Of a stretch of 64,000 bases of DNA, positions 25,201 to 37,079 are shown in pieces. Made by a program: the position numbers and the translations under genes. This DNA is from Macrostomum lignano (Eukaryota), in NCBI GenBank assembly GCA_002269645.1, contig NIVC01003955.1, positions 1 through 64,000 of the forward strand, in the 5' to 3' direction. How positions within the stretch are numbered: position 1 is the stretch's first letter; each line of letters starts with the position of its first letter. The notes below the pieces were generated by a model, which was given only the letters and a program-made list of their open reading frames with translations, ran no database searches and was not told the DNA's origin.

Positions 25201-26912
25201 AGCTCTAGTGCCCATTAACAGGTAGCTCTAGAGCACATTAACAGGTAGCTTTAGTGTCCATTAGCAGGTGGCTACGGTGTACAATAGCATGTTATAAATA
25301 TTTCACGAGTAATAATAGGTAATAATAGTAGTAATAATAGGTAATAGGTAAAAATACCGGTAAAGTAAAAGAATGTTCCATAATTATTCTACTATTTCTT
25401 AAGCAACAGCAGCAGCAGCAAGTGCAAGTGTCATCAACAACAACCACAACAAGCAGTTCATATTCGCGAGGTGAATATCTGCAGTTGTACTCGGGCGGCC
25501 TCACCACCACCTCCACGCCAACCCCCGATGCCGGCACTACAGAAAGCACCACGTATGGCGAGAGGTCTTTCTGCGACCAGGGCGACCGAGCCACCAGTAG
25601 CGAGTCCAGTGAGATTCTCATGCAGACCGGTGAGATTCTGTTTCAGTGTAATCGATAGACTTCTATTTTTGGCACTAGCTGTGCACATAAATTATTGACT
25701 GCTTTTACTATTGATTAAATTGTAGTGACTTTATCCTAAATTATTGATAATTACATATACAAGCTGGTTACTTCCTAATTACTGAATACTATGTAAAGTA
25801 ATTGCTAAAAGTACCTTTGTGCCGAAGTCTTCTCCCTGGCCCAAAGACGAATCCTGTCCTTAGGCAACTGAAGTACGTTTATGAATTCACTTAGCAAACA
25901 CCTACAAGTTAATAATGCGGCAACGAATAATAGTACAGATGGCTCACCGGATTTTTCTCGAGCAAATGAATAAGCATGCATAAAAATACTCAAAAGTAAC
26001 CCTGGAGTCTCAAAGCATCACCCTCATCTCCTGAAACATTACCGTAACCTCATTAAACACCCCCTATACTAATCAAGTATTATTTGTATGAAATTAATTC
26101 TAAATTTTTTAAGGATTTAGCAACAATCTTACCGAAATGAAATATGAATTCCTAGATTTCGAATTTGTTTAGTATTTGACGCATCAACTGTCATTTGCAA
26201 TGCTTCACTAAGGTCACAACTCGGGTCTGCTCAGAGGTCATCGACATCGTCAAGTAAATAGTCATCAACCTCGTTCTTTCGTGGCCGCCTCTCTAAACAC
26301 TGAAAGTTCAAATTCGTCCAGATTTAATAGCAGCAGAACAGTGAGGACTGAGAGCTGCTCGAGTATCAACAGGTGAGTTAAAGAACCATATGCTTATCGA
26401 CAGGTTCGCAGAACTTTGCTCTGCAGAAATTTATCAACCATTTATTAACCCTTCCAATGTCCTCCTAGACTTCTCAAACATCCCCCAAAACTTTTCAAAA
26501 TACTCCTCAAAATCAGTCTAAAAACCTCAAACATCACCTCGTAGATTTCCTAAACATCATCCTAAACTGCTAACCGATGCATTTCGCTTTATAGCTCGAC
26601 GTCAATCCTGTCAGAAGTAAGAAACAGAATCGCTGATCTCACAGACTCAACCAAGCGTTTGCATTCTGCCGAACTCCTGAAAGCACACAGAGCGGCTACT
26701 TCCACTGAATCTACCGAAGAGCAGATGAGGCAATTGACGGAAGCTGATAAGGAACTGCAGGGTTTGCTGGCTGAGTTGGCAAGTCTGCGAAGCGCCTTGA
26801 CTGCCAGCGGTGAATCTGCAACGAATGAATTTAAGAGCGAGGTTGTACTCCGAAAAGCCCACATTGAAAGTCTGACACTCTTGAGCAATTGGATGGCATC
26901 GATAAAAAACAG
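22300..26912 (+). CDS. Partial multi-exon coiled-coil / spectrin-repeat-like gene (boundaries uncertain)
   Basis: Splice-bounded candidate exons at about 23271-23381 (DLNAFNAQCRRVNDWLNELHQLM), 23774-23991 (FRTFQSSLQEAERLL...KLQTVWMAVEDRL) and 26595-26912 (heptad-like); further possible exons near 22300-22390, 24549-24730 and 25400-25630. No complete model was assembled. Confidence 0.45.
23455..23750. repeat. Degenerate about 30-bp intronic tandem repeat (CAGCCTCCCAGATCCTCAGTTGCTGGG core)
   Basis: The core recurs about ten times. Confidence 0.85.
24930..25270. repeat. 23-bp minisatellite (ATTAACAGGTAGCTCTAGTGCAC)
   Basis: Tandem units with degenerate edges. Confidence 0.95.
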
Positions 26913-28407
26913 GTGAGCTGGAGGGCGTTGGTCAAGATGATTGAGATAGATATGTTGGCATCATTTGAAGAGAGAAGGTAAAAAACTCGGAGACACACAG
27001 AAGGGTCACTTCTCGAGCCTGCAATATCGTAAGCTGGAAAATTTTATTAAGCCGGGTTTAATATATTTAGACACTGAAAATTTATTAATTGAGCAATTTT
27101 GAGCTTGTGCAAGAGGTAAGGGAAAATCAGAGGAAGGTATTGTAAGTATTGTAAAATTCTTCGGCTGGATAAATTTTATGTATAAAATAACCATTGCAGA
27201 ATCAATCTTCGCACTAGCGAGCTATGCCGAGCTTGACTGTTGACTGCGCATAAAATTTACTTTCGGAAGTGAAGTTGCCGTCCAATGCGAGTTTTTTTAT
27301 GTTTTCGGATGTTGCATTTTTGTCTGAAAGGAACGAATAAACAAAGGCACGCATTTTTTGCCGTTTTTGTTTAAGCTATTGAGAGCTCGCGGCACATTTG
27401 ACGCAAGTCGGGTGCCAAACATTTTTGTGATGTTTAAAAATGTTTTGTGCTGTCCTATTAGTCTTACTCATTTTCTTTTTAACAGTGAATCGAGTCTTCG
27501 AGATTCGGAATACTGAATACTTTAATTAACCGGAAAAAGTAAGCAATGAATTGAGGAAATCACCAATGATTATTATTTAGGCGATTCTGTTTGCCAATCA
27601 ATTACACCCTTAATCACTTATACACGACCATTCGATAACGGCAACTCTCTGGTGCGAAATGCGATTTTTTCGTTTCGCTGTATGTCGGTGATTCAGAAAT
27701 TAAGCAGAATGTTTTTATACTCGTAAGCAACTACTTTAGTTGAATTTGACGCTATCCTAATCTTAGATTGTTTTAATATGCATGTTATCTGAATAAAAAA
27801 TTGTACACTCAAATTAAATGCTCTAGCTACCAGAATATCTATTCGCTAATTGATCTTACAAGTGATAATAAAATGTCACCTACTTAATTACATGTAAGAC
27901 AAAATCGATAAATGCGAAAGGCCGTACTCGTAGATACAGTGTATCGCTTAAACAATAGCTGATACTAGCGGCTTTATTACCTGCACTCTACAATAGTGCT
28001 CAAACAATTCGATTGACTGTCAAAAATATAAGATCTCATCGCAATTTTTTCGGAAAATCCTCTGTAAGAATGCCTACGACTTCAATATAAACACAAAAAT
28101 GCGTAAAAACGCGCCCAAGCTACATGTATAAATTACGCTAAAAAAATAATCGCAAATTTAAATAGCGCAACTACATATGTATAGCAACGGAAAATTTGAT
28201 TAATTTCCAAGGTAACATTTCCGCAGCAGAAATTACCTTTTATTGATGCTGGTTATTTCAGTGACACTGAATACTCTTATAATTCTAAAAACTAGCGCTT
28301 TTTCGCCTTTTGGGTATTTAAGAAAGCAAAAAGCATAATCTATAGCGAATAAATTTTCAATTTCATTTTATAACAAAACTTTTTAACACGTGTCTTTTTC
28401 AATTATA

Positions 28408-31400
28408 ATGCAGTGCGTTTGTAAGTATTATTTTGCTTTAATGAATTTTCATTTTTCAAAAGGCTGAATCAATTGTATTAATTTGACTGTCTGGATCAAT
28501 TTTAGTCATATTGCTGCTTGCTATTTCGGCGGCACAAGCTTCCGTCTCGGTGATTCGGACGAGCAACGATGGACGGCACCCCACTTTTATGGAGATTGAA
28601 GTTCAGCTTCCGGAAACGAATAAAAAAGCTCGGATCCCGCTGATCAGGACTAACATATTGGACAATGCGCCTATCACGGTGATAGAAAATGGCATAGCAA
28701 GGACATTCTCAGGCGAACAAGCTCATCATGGTGACCACGCTCACTATCGAGACATTAAGACTAAGTCCACCATTAGTGTTCGGATTCAAAACAAAGATAC
28801 ACGTATAAACGGTCACGTCATGCACGAAGGTACCGCCTACTTCATTACTAACAGCAGCGTAGCAAAGACTGCAGGCAGTATCAAATCGCACAAGATCAAT
28901 ATAGATCAGGTTTTGAGCCGCAAGAAGCGACAGGGGAATCAAGCAGCTACGGAGTACGAGGTTGAGCTCCTCATCCTTTGCGACCACACGGTGTGGAATT
29001 TGTTTAAAACAGTTTACGGAAACGATGACAAGGCGTTGACGGAACTTCACTTTTATTACACGCACATTTTGAATGGCATGGACACAGCGTTTAGGAACAT
29101 CGGACAGCCGTCAATCAGTGTCAAGTGCGTCGGTCTCACGGTGGCTAAGACTCTGGCAGATGTGAAATGGATGTCAAAATCGGGACCCTACTATGGTAAT
29201 CCTGTGTCCACTTTTATGCGTTGTTTTGGGCACCTACACTTACAAAAATTGAGCGTAATGTACGTAATAATTGCGTATATAAGTTACTTTTTCAATTCCA
29301 CTTAATAAAAACGCAAGAAAACATGTTGCAAAGCGAAACTTCAAGAATAGCGTTTCTGACCGCAGAACGTCCCTTAGATTACAAAGGGCAGCCCACACAA
29401 AAATTATCGAAACCAAACTGCTGCGGTAGACAAACTGCTATTACATCGGCAACTCTGTAGTAAACTCGTAGTATGTCGGGTGCGTCGGCGGTAGTTACCC
29501 TAATCTATGATGCACCAACTAAAATATCTTAATGAAGTCCAAAAGCTCGTCAGCTAGTGATAAAATATCTGTTTTTGTGAAATGAAGACAGAAAATACTC
29601 TACCATGTGGCACGTATATGGAGCGTTATTATAGGAGCACAGCACTAACGATCCTCAGGTTGTAGCAATTATACTGAACAATTTTATAGTTAATATTTAT
29701 CGAAAAACTATCAGTCTTCCTAGTTCACAGCACTCTTTACTCGGTAGAAAGGACCACTAGAAGAACGGTAACTTCTAGTGGTCCTGCTCGGTAGTTCTAC
29801 AGTTGAAAAAAATCAGATTTTAGATTTTATGTAAGAATAATTCCCGTTCAAAAATGACCCACACCCCTTTGTTTTAGCAGATACAAATGCCGAAGTCGAC
29901 TTTTATTACATGATGGCCTACGCGAAGGACAAGCCAGCTGATCACGTGATGGCGTTCACGCGCAGTGACATTCGTTTTAATGAAGCAGGTTCTGAAATCG
30001 CCGGAGTGGCATTATTTGCCGGCGCTTGCAGCGACCAACGGCTGAGCATAGTCAAGGATGAGGGGCTGCACAGCTGGGGCGTCGCGGCGCACGAGCTGGC
30101 ACACAGTTTGGGCGCGGACCACGACGACAACAAGCCACAGTGCGAGAAATGGCGCAAGTTTATTCAGACGCCTGTGCTTAGCGACTACAGTATTGGTGAC
30201 GTGGCGAACTCCTACCGGTTTTCGAAGTGCAGTGTGGAAGAAATGAAGAGCTTCCTAAGCACAAGTATGCAACAAATAAGATATCTATAAGTACTGTATG
30301 AGGGGGTTGTAGCCTAGTGAGGGGGTTGTAGCCTAGTGAGGGGGTTGTAGCCTAGTGAGGGGGTTGTAGCCTAGTGAGGGGGTTGTAGCCTAGTGAGGGG
30401 GTTGTAGCCTAGTGAGGGGGTTGTAGCCTAGTGAGGGGGTTGTAGCCTAGTGAGGGGGTTGTAGCCTAGTGAGGGGGTTGTAGCCTAGTGAGGGGGTTGT
30501 AGCCTAGTGAGGGGGTTGTAGCCTAGTGAGGGGGTTGTAGCCTAGTGAGGGGGTTGCAGCCTAGTGAGGGGGTTGTAGCCTAGTGAGGGGGTTGTAGCCT
30601 AGTGAGGGGGTTGTAGCCTAGTGAGGGGGTTGTAGCCTAGTGAGGGGGTTGTAGCCTAGTGAGGGGGTTGTAGCCTAGTGAGGGGGTTGTAGCCTAGTGG
30701 TTAGTGTCGGACTTATGATTGAAAGGTCGGGGGTACGATTCCCGATCCCACTGGAACAATTTGTTTCCTTGAGAAAGACACTTAACTCTACATTGCTTCA
30801 GTTCCACCCAGCTGTAAAATGGGTGTGTTTGGGTGTGTGTGGTGACCCCCCCCCCAGTCCTTGGACTGAACAGCCGTACGCAGCCTTCAATGCGCGGCGC
30901 AATAGCTGCGGCTGAGCTGTCAGTCGCACATCTGGCCCAATTGGGGCAGGTGTGATCAATTATTAATAAATTAATTGTACGACAAGATTATAACAAATTA
31001 TATAATAACTGAGTGACCTAGACCCGGCCCACCACCCCCGCATCAACGCACAAAAGCCACGTCTCACTGGTTTAACACCAAATCAAGCAACGCCCGGTCG
31101 GATCACAAATTATCTATTAAATTTTGAATGAAGTTTAGCTGGGAAACTAAGTGAAAAAAACTTCAGGATTAAATGTTCTATTATATTCATACAAATACTA
31201 AGTATATTTCTAACTAAATTCAACCATTCCTAGAAAACGCCACCTGTTTAAAAAGTCGCCAAAGCACCGCTAAAGCTGTTCTGACCTCGAACGCGAGCGA
31301 AGGCGCCCGGTTGACCCTCGATCAAGTCTGCCGGCTGGCTTTTCCTTCAACTCCTGGTCATTTTTACCTCCAAACAGCGAGTTTAATGACTCCAGCTGCA

Positions 31401-31745
31401 ATCTGCGCAAAAATTCATTGCTCGCTGACCGAGCTCGCCTTGAAGCCGGTGACGAAGAGCGGACTAAGAGCCCCGGTCGGCACGCCGTGTGGAAACAAGC
31501 GAAGCTGCAATTGGAACGGCCAATGCACGGCTGATTTCGCTGCTCCGTCAGCCGGCTCATCCTTCTGGGGCAACCAGTTGGTATCTTCACTTTGTAGTGA
31601 CTTTCTTAAGTATGTTCTTGGCTTGATTCCAAAATTTGGTACCGCCAAAGCCCTGACTGTTTGCTATAAACTGGTTAGATATTGTGGGAGTAAGAAATTT
31701 TTTCGGCTGGTCTGCGTTCGTCTGGCGAAACAAATTCTGAATTGA
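28408..31745 (+). CDS. ADAMTS-like M12B (reprolysin) metalloprotease: signal, prodomain, catalytic domain, Cys-rich domain
   Basis: Exons 28408-28420, 28506-29195, 29881-30264, 31276-31745, all phase 1. MQCVFILLLAISAAQA signal; YEVELLILCD; zinc motif HELAHSLGADHD; LDQVCRLAF...C...HC...GTPCGNKRSCNWNGQC resembles the ADAMTS Cys-rich domain. The exon 4 acceptor is less certain. Confidence 0.88.
29748..29786. mobile_element. 39-bp minimal TIR element with 8-bp target-site duplication
   Basis: CTCGGTAG|AAAGGACCACTAGAAG-aacggtaa-CTTCTAGTGGTCCTG|CTCGGTAG. Confidence 0.65.
30301..30699 (+). repeat. 21 x 19-bp tandem array (AGGGGGTTGTAGCCTAGTG) identical to the 5' head of the adjoining SINE
   Basis: 399 bp = 21 units; the last unit continues directly into GTTAGTGTCGG... 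of the SINE. Confidence 0.95.
30681..30975 (+). mobile_element. tRNA-derived SINE, apparently full length, in intron 3 of the protease
   Basis: A-box TAGCCTAGTGG, B-box-like GGTACGATTCCC, body shared with 13965-14168, AT-rich tail. Confidence 0.87.
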
Positions 31746-32673
31746 TGAAGACCTCCTCTTCGCTTGGAGACGACTAACTTATTTTGTTAAAGGAAACTGG
31801 ATAACTAATCAAAAACATGTTAAAAGATTGTCATGGACAAGTTATAAGCCTCGCAAATCGTACTTAAAGTTTTTATATTAATTTTATTTAAATACGCAAT
31901 TTTTTTCTGCTATTACGGGCAATAAATTGTTAATATCTCTTAAACCTCGCACACATTTGAGTTGCAAGTCTTTGTTTCCGAAAAACTGAATAAAAAGGAA
32001 AGGAAAATGCACAAAAACACACATGCAGCAGAGTAGAGGACGTAGTATATAATCGCTACGAATAGTACGAGCATAGAAAAAATGCTGCGTAACTAACACA
32101 CTTTATCGAAGCAAAAGCACACATTTTCATTGAAATATTTCATGTTATGCAGCGAAAGTTCACATTACACAGGTAGCAGGAGCTAGGGGGAGAGATGCTG
32201 CGCGACAGTCTGGCTGTGAACTGAGTCTGTGTGAACTCGGGAAGAAACGGGGAAGCGGGGAGGCGCAGAACCTCCACAAAAAAGCAGAATTCAATTTCAA
32301 CTTGAAGCGAAGATGCTTGATGCCAGATTTATTTAATTCAAGTGATTCTTTCCGCTTTTCCGGAGACTTCAAGCTTCAAATGCATCATGACAGCCATGCA
32401 AAAACAGATCATACACTGATGCACAGCACTGTAATGAAGTTTGCGGGTCACAATGTGCAACTATTTGCTTCACCGATCTCTGGAAAAAATTGTGGCACTG
32501 TTAATGAATGGGTGAAAGTAGAAACCTCATGAGATAGTTAGCTGCTCGACCACATATTTGATATTGCTTTTCTGCTCACTCAATCGGTCTTGAACCCTTG
32601 CCTTCGTGTTGCCGAAGTCTCCACCGATTCCAGCGTTCTTGAAGTGGAGCGACAACATTTTTTAATCGATTTT

Positions 32674-35600
32674 TCATTTTGGGTGAGAAATTGTTTCTAC
32701 TAGCAGCATCTTCACCACTTCCAGCTGATTCGCTCTCGCAGCGTATTTAGCTGCTTCCATACACAGCTGATGTCTTCGACCCTTGTCAGCAAATGCTTGT
32801 ACCAGAAACTTTACCACAGCTAACTGACCATTGGTTGCAGCTAGTCGAGCTGTCTCAATGCAGCAAATGTCCCTCATGCATTTCTCAGAAATCGCCTGCA
32901 CGAGAAACTTCACCACGTCCAACTGACCCTTGCTTGCTGCAGATGCCGCAGCCATCAAGCAACACTGGTCTCTTGTACTTTGTTCAGCAATCGTTTGCAC
33001 GAGAAACTTCACCACGTCCAACTGACCCTTGCTTGCTGCAGATGCCGCAACTCTCAAGCAACACTGGTCTCTCGTTCTTTGGTCAGTAATTGTCTGGACA
33101 AGGAACTTCACAACATCCAACTGACCCTTGATAGCAGCAAAATTTGCCGCCATGATGCAGCACCGTTCTTTCATTTTTTGATCGTAGGCAGTCTTTACCA
33201 GGGTTTCAACAACTTCCCACTGACTCTTTCTAGCTGCATATCGCACAGTTTTAATAAAAAAGAGTTTCTCTTTACGTTGCGAAGACGTTGAGATCTGATA
33301 ACCAACGGATTTTTCTTCACTACGCGAGCGTTTTGAATTCTCAGACGGAGACCTAAAAGTGAAAAAAGATGTCTATATTGGAGAAAACAGCAATTTTCAT
33401 ATATTCCAGCAAGAAAAATTAATGAAAAATCTCAACTGAAACTCTTGTTTGATGAAAATTCCACCAACATTTTTTGTCTATTGGTTTTTAGTCCCACAGT
33501 TTGGTTGATTAAAACAACTTACATTCTTGTTGGCAAATTTTCCGATGATTTCTGCTCTGTCGCAAGTTCGTCCGGTTTAGAACACTGGCCTTTCTGTTCT
33601 GGAGTTGCTACCTGTGGTATCGCATCATCAGCACTACAGTTTCAAGTTTTTTTATTCTATTTATAAATTACGATTCAATACGCGGTACTAAAACTAATGC
33701 ATTATCACACCTTACATCTGGAGATTCCGACTTCTCCAGCACTGCGCGTACAGCCGTTTGCCCTTTGTGTTCCGCCACATCTAGCGGAGTCGCATTGCAA
33801 AAGTTCACTTTATCCAAGGATGCGCCGTGCCTTCGTAAAAGCTTAATAACTTCCAGATTTCCAACAGAAGCTGCTAGATGTAGAGGCGTGTTCCCCTCCA
33901 GATCCGAGGCGTTCACATCGGCATTCAGTTGAAGCAGCCGCTCTGCGCACTTTACCAGCCATTTACTTGAAGGCCGCAAGCCTCCACTGGCTGCCACCGT
34001 GAGGGGAGTTCTGCCCTCCCAGTCTCTCCAGTTACAGTTAACACTGTTGACTCTTTTACAAAATTCTTTCTTCTTGGCTTGGCTGATGAGGCAGTTCAGC
34101 TTCTCGGCTTCCTGAAATGGTTCAAGAATACGAATTATTGTTTTGCATGCAGTTTTATTAAATGAATCTTTTGCAAAGCACCGAAAATGCATTCTTACCG
34201 AAATTGACTCCTCGTTCAATTGAAATTTTTCTCTGAAAGGTTTTTTACGAATTAAAATTGTAATGAAAAGACTAACATGGTTTTTAAATTAATATAAAAA
34301 CGAACGAAACATTAAAAACAGAATGTATACTAAAGTACCTACATTGTTTATAAAGAACTGATAATTGTAGATAGATATAAAGATCATCAAAACAGTAAGT
34401 TTTTTACTTACTGCAGAAGAAACAGGCAGATGTCTTGGTAACCCTGCTTCCAGGCCGACCAGTAAATGCTGGCATAATTCTTAGCATTGTTTTCAAGCAG
34501 AATTTGCGGCTCATGCTTCGCAAGAATGCGCACTAGGTCAAGATTTCCAGCAGAAACAGCCATGCCCAAGGCTGAGCAACCAGAATTGTCCGTGATCTGG
34601 TCGGTCGCTCCATTATCTAACAAGATCTCTGTTAGCTGAGAATTCTCTTCTTCCACTGCAAGCAGCAATGGCGTCATAGAGCTATTATCTGTGCCGTTGA
34701 TATCTACACCCAATTTTCTTTCCAACAAGTTGCTCAGTAGAGCATCGTTGCCTGACAGGACGGCGCAGTGCAAGGCGGAGTGCCTCCGGCTGTCAGTGGC
34801 TCTGAGATAGGCTCCTTTGCTAATGAGCATTTTGGCAAATTCGACATGCGCCTCAGAGCCTTCACAAAAGCCTGTGACTGACGCAGCTGCGGCGCAAAGC
34901 AGAGGCGTGCGACCAGGAAATGCTTCGTGTTGATGATGCAGCACCGAAAGCAGATGGGAGTCGGGGATTTGAGCTAGTTGTAATGTGTCACCAACGGCTG
35001 CAAGACGATGGAGAGCGCGTGGAGTCTGAAATTGCATATGGAGCGTATTATAATTAATTGGCAAACATTGCACAGATCTTTGTAATTGCCTGAATATTTG
35101 TTTATTAAGAACCAATTAAAGCATCAAACTTACTAGCAATGATTCATCACCACCGAACTGAGTTTCGGCCTCCTCAGCACTGAAATGGTACGAAGGCAGC
35201 ACAGATTTTAAATTCGCATATTGGATTTGGATTTGGTTAAAAGAAAGTCTAGCATAAACAGCATGCATGAGAAACCAGCTTACATTTTAGCTGCTACTTG
35301 CAGCAAGATAACAGTATTTCGGCATGGCACAGTGAAGCATTCCAGTTGAAACGAGTAGTTTTGAGCAAGCTGTTTACCCTGTGACACTGCAACACGCAGG
35401 AACTGGTCGTCGCAGAACTCACTCAACACCTGTTCCGCTGACAGAACCCCAGTATCGTGCAAACGGTCTTCTTTTTCGTACTTAAACAAAATGATTCGAA
35501 CATTTAATTGAGATTTATTCGATTCCAGTCGAATTCGAGTTGCATCATGGTTCGGTAGTCGTTTGCGTTGATTTTCAACTGCTTTTCCAGTTCTCAGATA

Positions 35601-36338
35601 CCATTCGCAGGTGCTGAGTTCGTTGAACAGAATGCACAGATAGACTGGTGCAGACATTTCCGAACTTTTAAGGATGCAGTTTCTGAACTTTTCATCCAAC
35701 GCTTCTTCTCCGTTTAGACAGGAAACGATAGCAAGTCTCATCGAACACCACGGCAGATCTCCCCTCTGTACCGAGATTTCTCCAGTGTTCAAGTCTAAAA
35801 GCGACTCCAAATGAGTTTCTTCTGGAACTTTCAGCAGATGACAAAAGACAAATGCCGAGGCGAGAAAATGCTTCACTAAAATATGATCAAGAAGCTTAGG
35901 CAGTACAGATGAGTTCAGGAGTAGTTCGGCCGTGTTTGGATCGATTTGAATTCTCAATTGCTTGATTCCAGTCGCTTTATTCAAAAGCGATACGATTCTG
36001 CACAAGTCACTTAGCACTGGAGGGAACGTTTGATTTAATCGCTGAATCGAATTCGACAAACCAGCAAAGCACACTTTAACCGAGTACAATGATGATACCA
36101 AAACGCATAGCGACTGGTCAGGTTTAAAACTATCTTGCGAGTCCTGATCATTTAAATCGGAAAAAATGATCTCACAATTTGCGTCCTGGCTGTCTGAAGT
36201 CGTCAACACGGTCAGTCTTAGGTCTGGGCTCGACTCAGATCTGTGAATTTCACTCAGCTGCATTTGAGAAGCCCCAGAAATGTTACACAGTGCCAGAAGG
36301 TTGCGTCTGATGTCCTCACATGGTTGCAGTAGATTCAT
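32674..36338 (-). CDS. Module 1 ankyrin gene: 352-aa unrecognised N-terminal domain + two ankyrin blocks + C-terminal 33-aa tandem repeats; 7 exons
   Basis: Exons 36338-35284, 35179-35134, 35025-34412, 34232-34199, 34111-33716, 33611-33523, 33352-32674 splice with consistent phases. Ankyrin motifs GRTPL, GNTPLHLAA, TPLLLAV; 99-bp repeats encoding KGQLDVVKFLVQTI-DQRTRDQCCL-AA--AAS. Confidence 0.8.
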
Positions 36339-37079
36339 AGTTTATGTTATCGTTTGACAGCTAGAAATCTAAAGTGGCTAGAACTGGTATTATGCTTTTT
36401 AGAGCTGCAACATTTTCGGTTTTATATGCACGTGATACTGCTGCAGAAAATATATTTTCGTCACTGCAGTGCCACTATCTAGAAACTTCTAGGAAAAATA
36501 GTGAAGAGCTGGTCCGGAGTAAAACCAGTTAACTGCGTGTTGGAAGGGTTGTGTCGGTTTTTCCGAGCGGAAGAAATTTCTTGAATCTTCTATTCAATGC
36601 TGTACAGAGAATGCCATGGATATACGCGCGTGGGGTAAAAATTTCTCCAACCCATGCGCGCTGTGGAAAAACACAGGAATGCGAAGGAGACGAAGTCATG
36701 GGGCAGAGGTTTTTGCTAGAAGACTGTACAGACGACGAACGAGATAGCAAGAGTGTAGTACACTTGATCAAGTGTACATTTGAAGCGTCCATAAAGCTTT
36801 GCCTCCTGTACCTAAGTAAAGAAGGCTCTGCATTCAGCGTATTTGGCAGTATATTTAAACAAAAATTTATAAAAATTGTTCATAAAATAGTTTTTACTTA
36901 CCAAGATACTTTTTGAAAAAGTTTTAAAACGGTTCCATTTTAACTTCACGGTGAGTTTCACGCATTGACAAATGCTTGTTACTTGCACAGAAACTTAAAG
37001 TAACAAGGTACAAAAGAAAAAAAATACGCTTTACTATTTAACTTATCGAGATGTATTTACTTTTATACTTACTTTGCAG

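Noticed and set aside
30681-30760. tRNA gene
   Set aside because: A/B boxes run into a SINE body also present at 13965; no complete cloverleaf evident.
35940-36010. Schlafen/AlbA_2 assignment for the 352-aa domain
   Set aside because: Only a faint resemblance in one helix; no E-x-K motif or other support seen.
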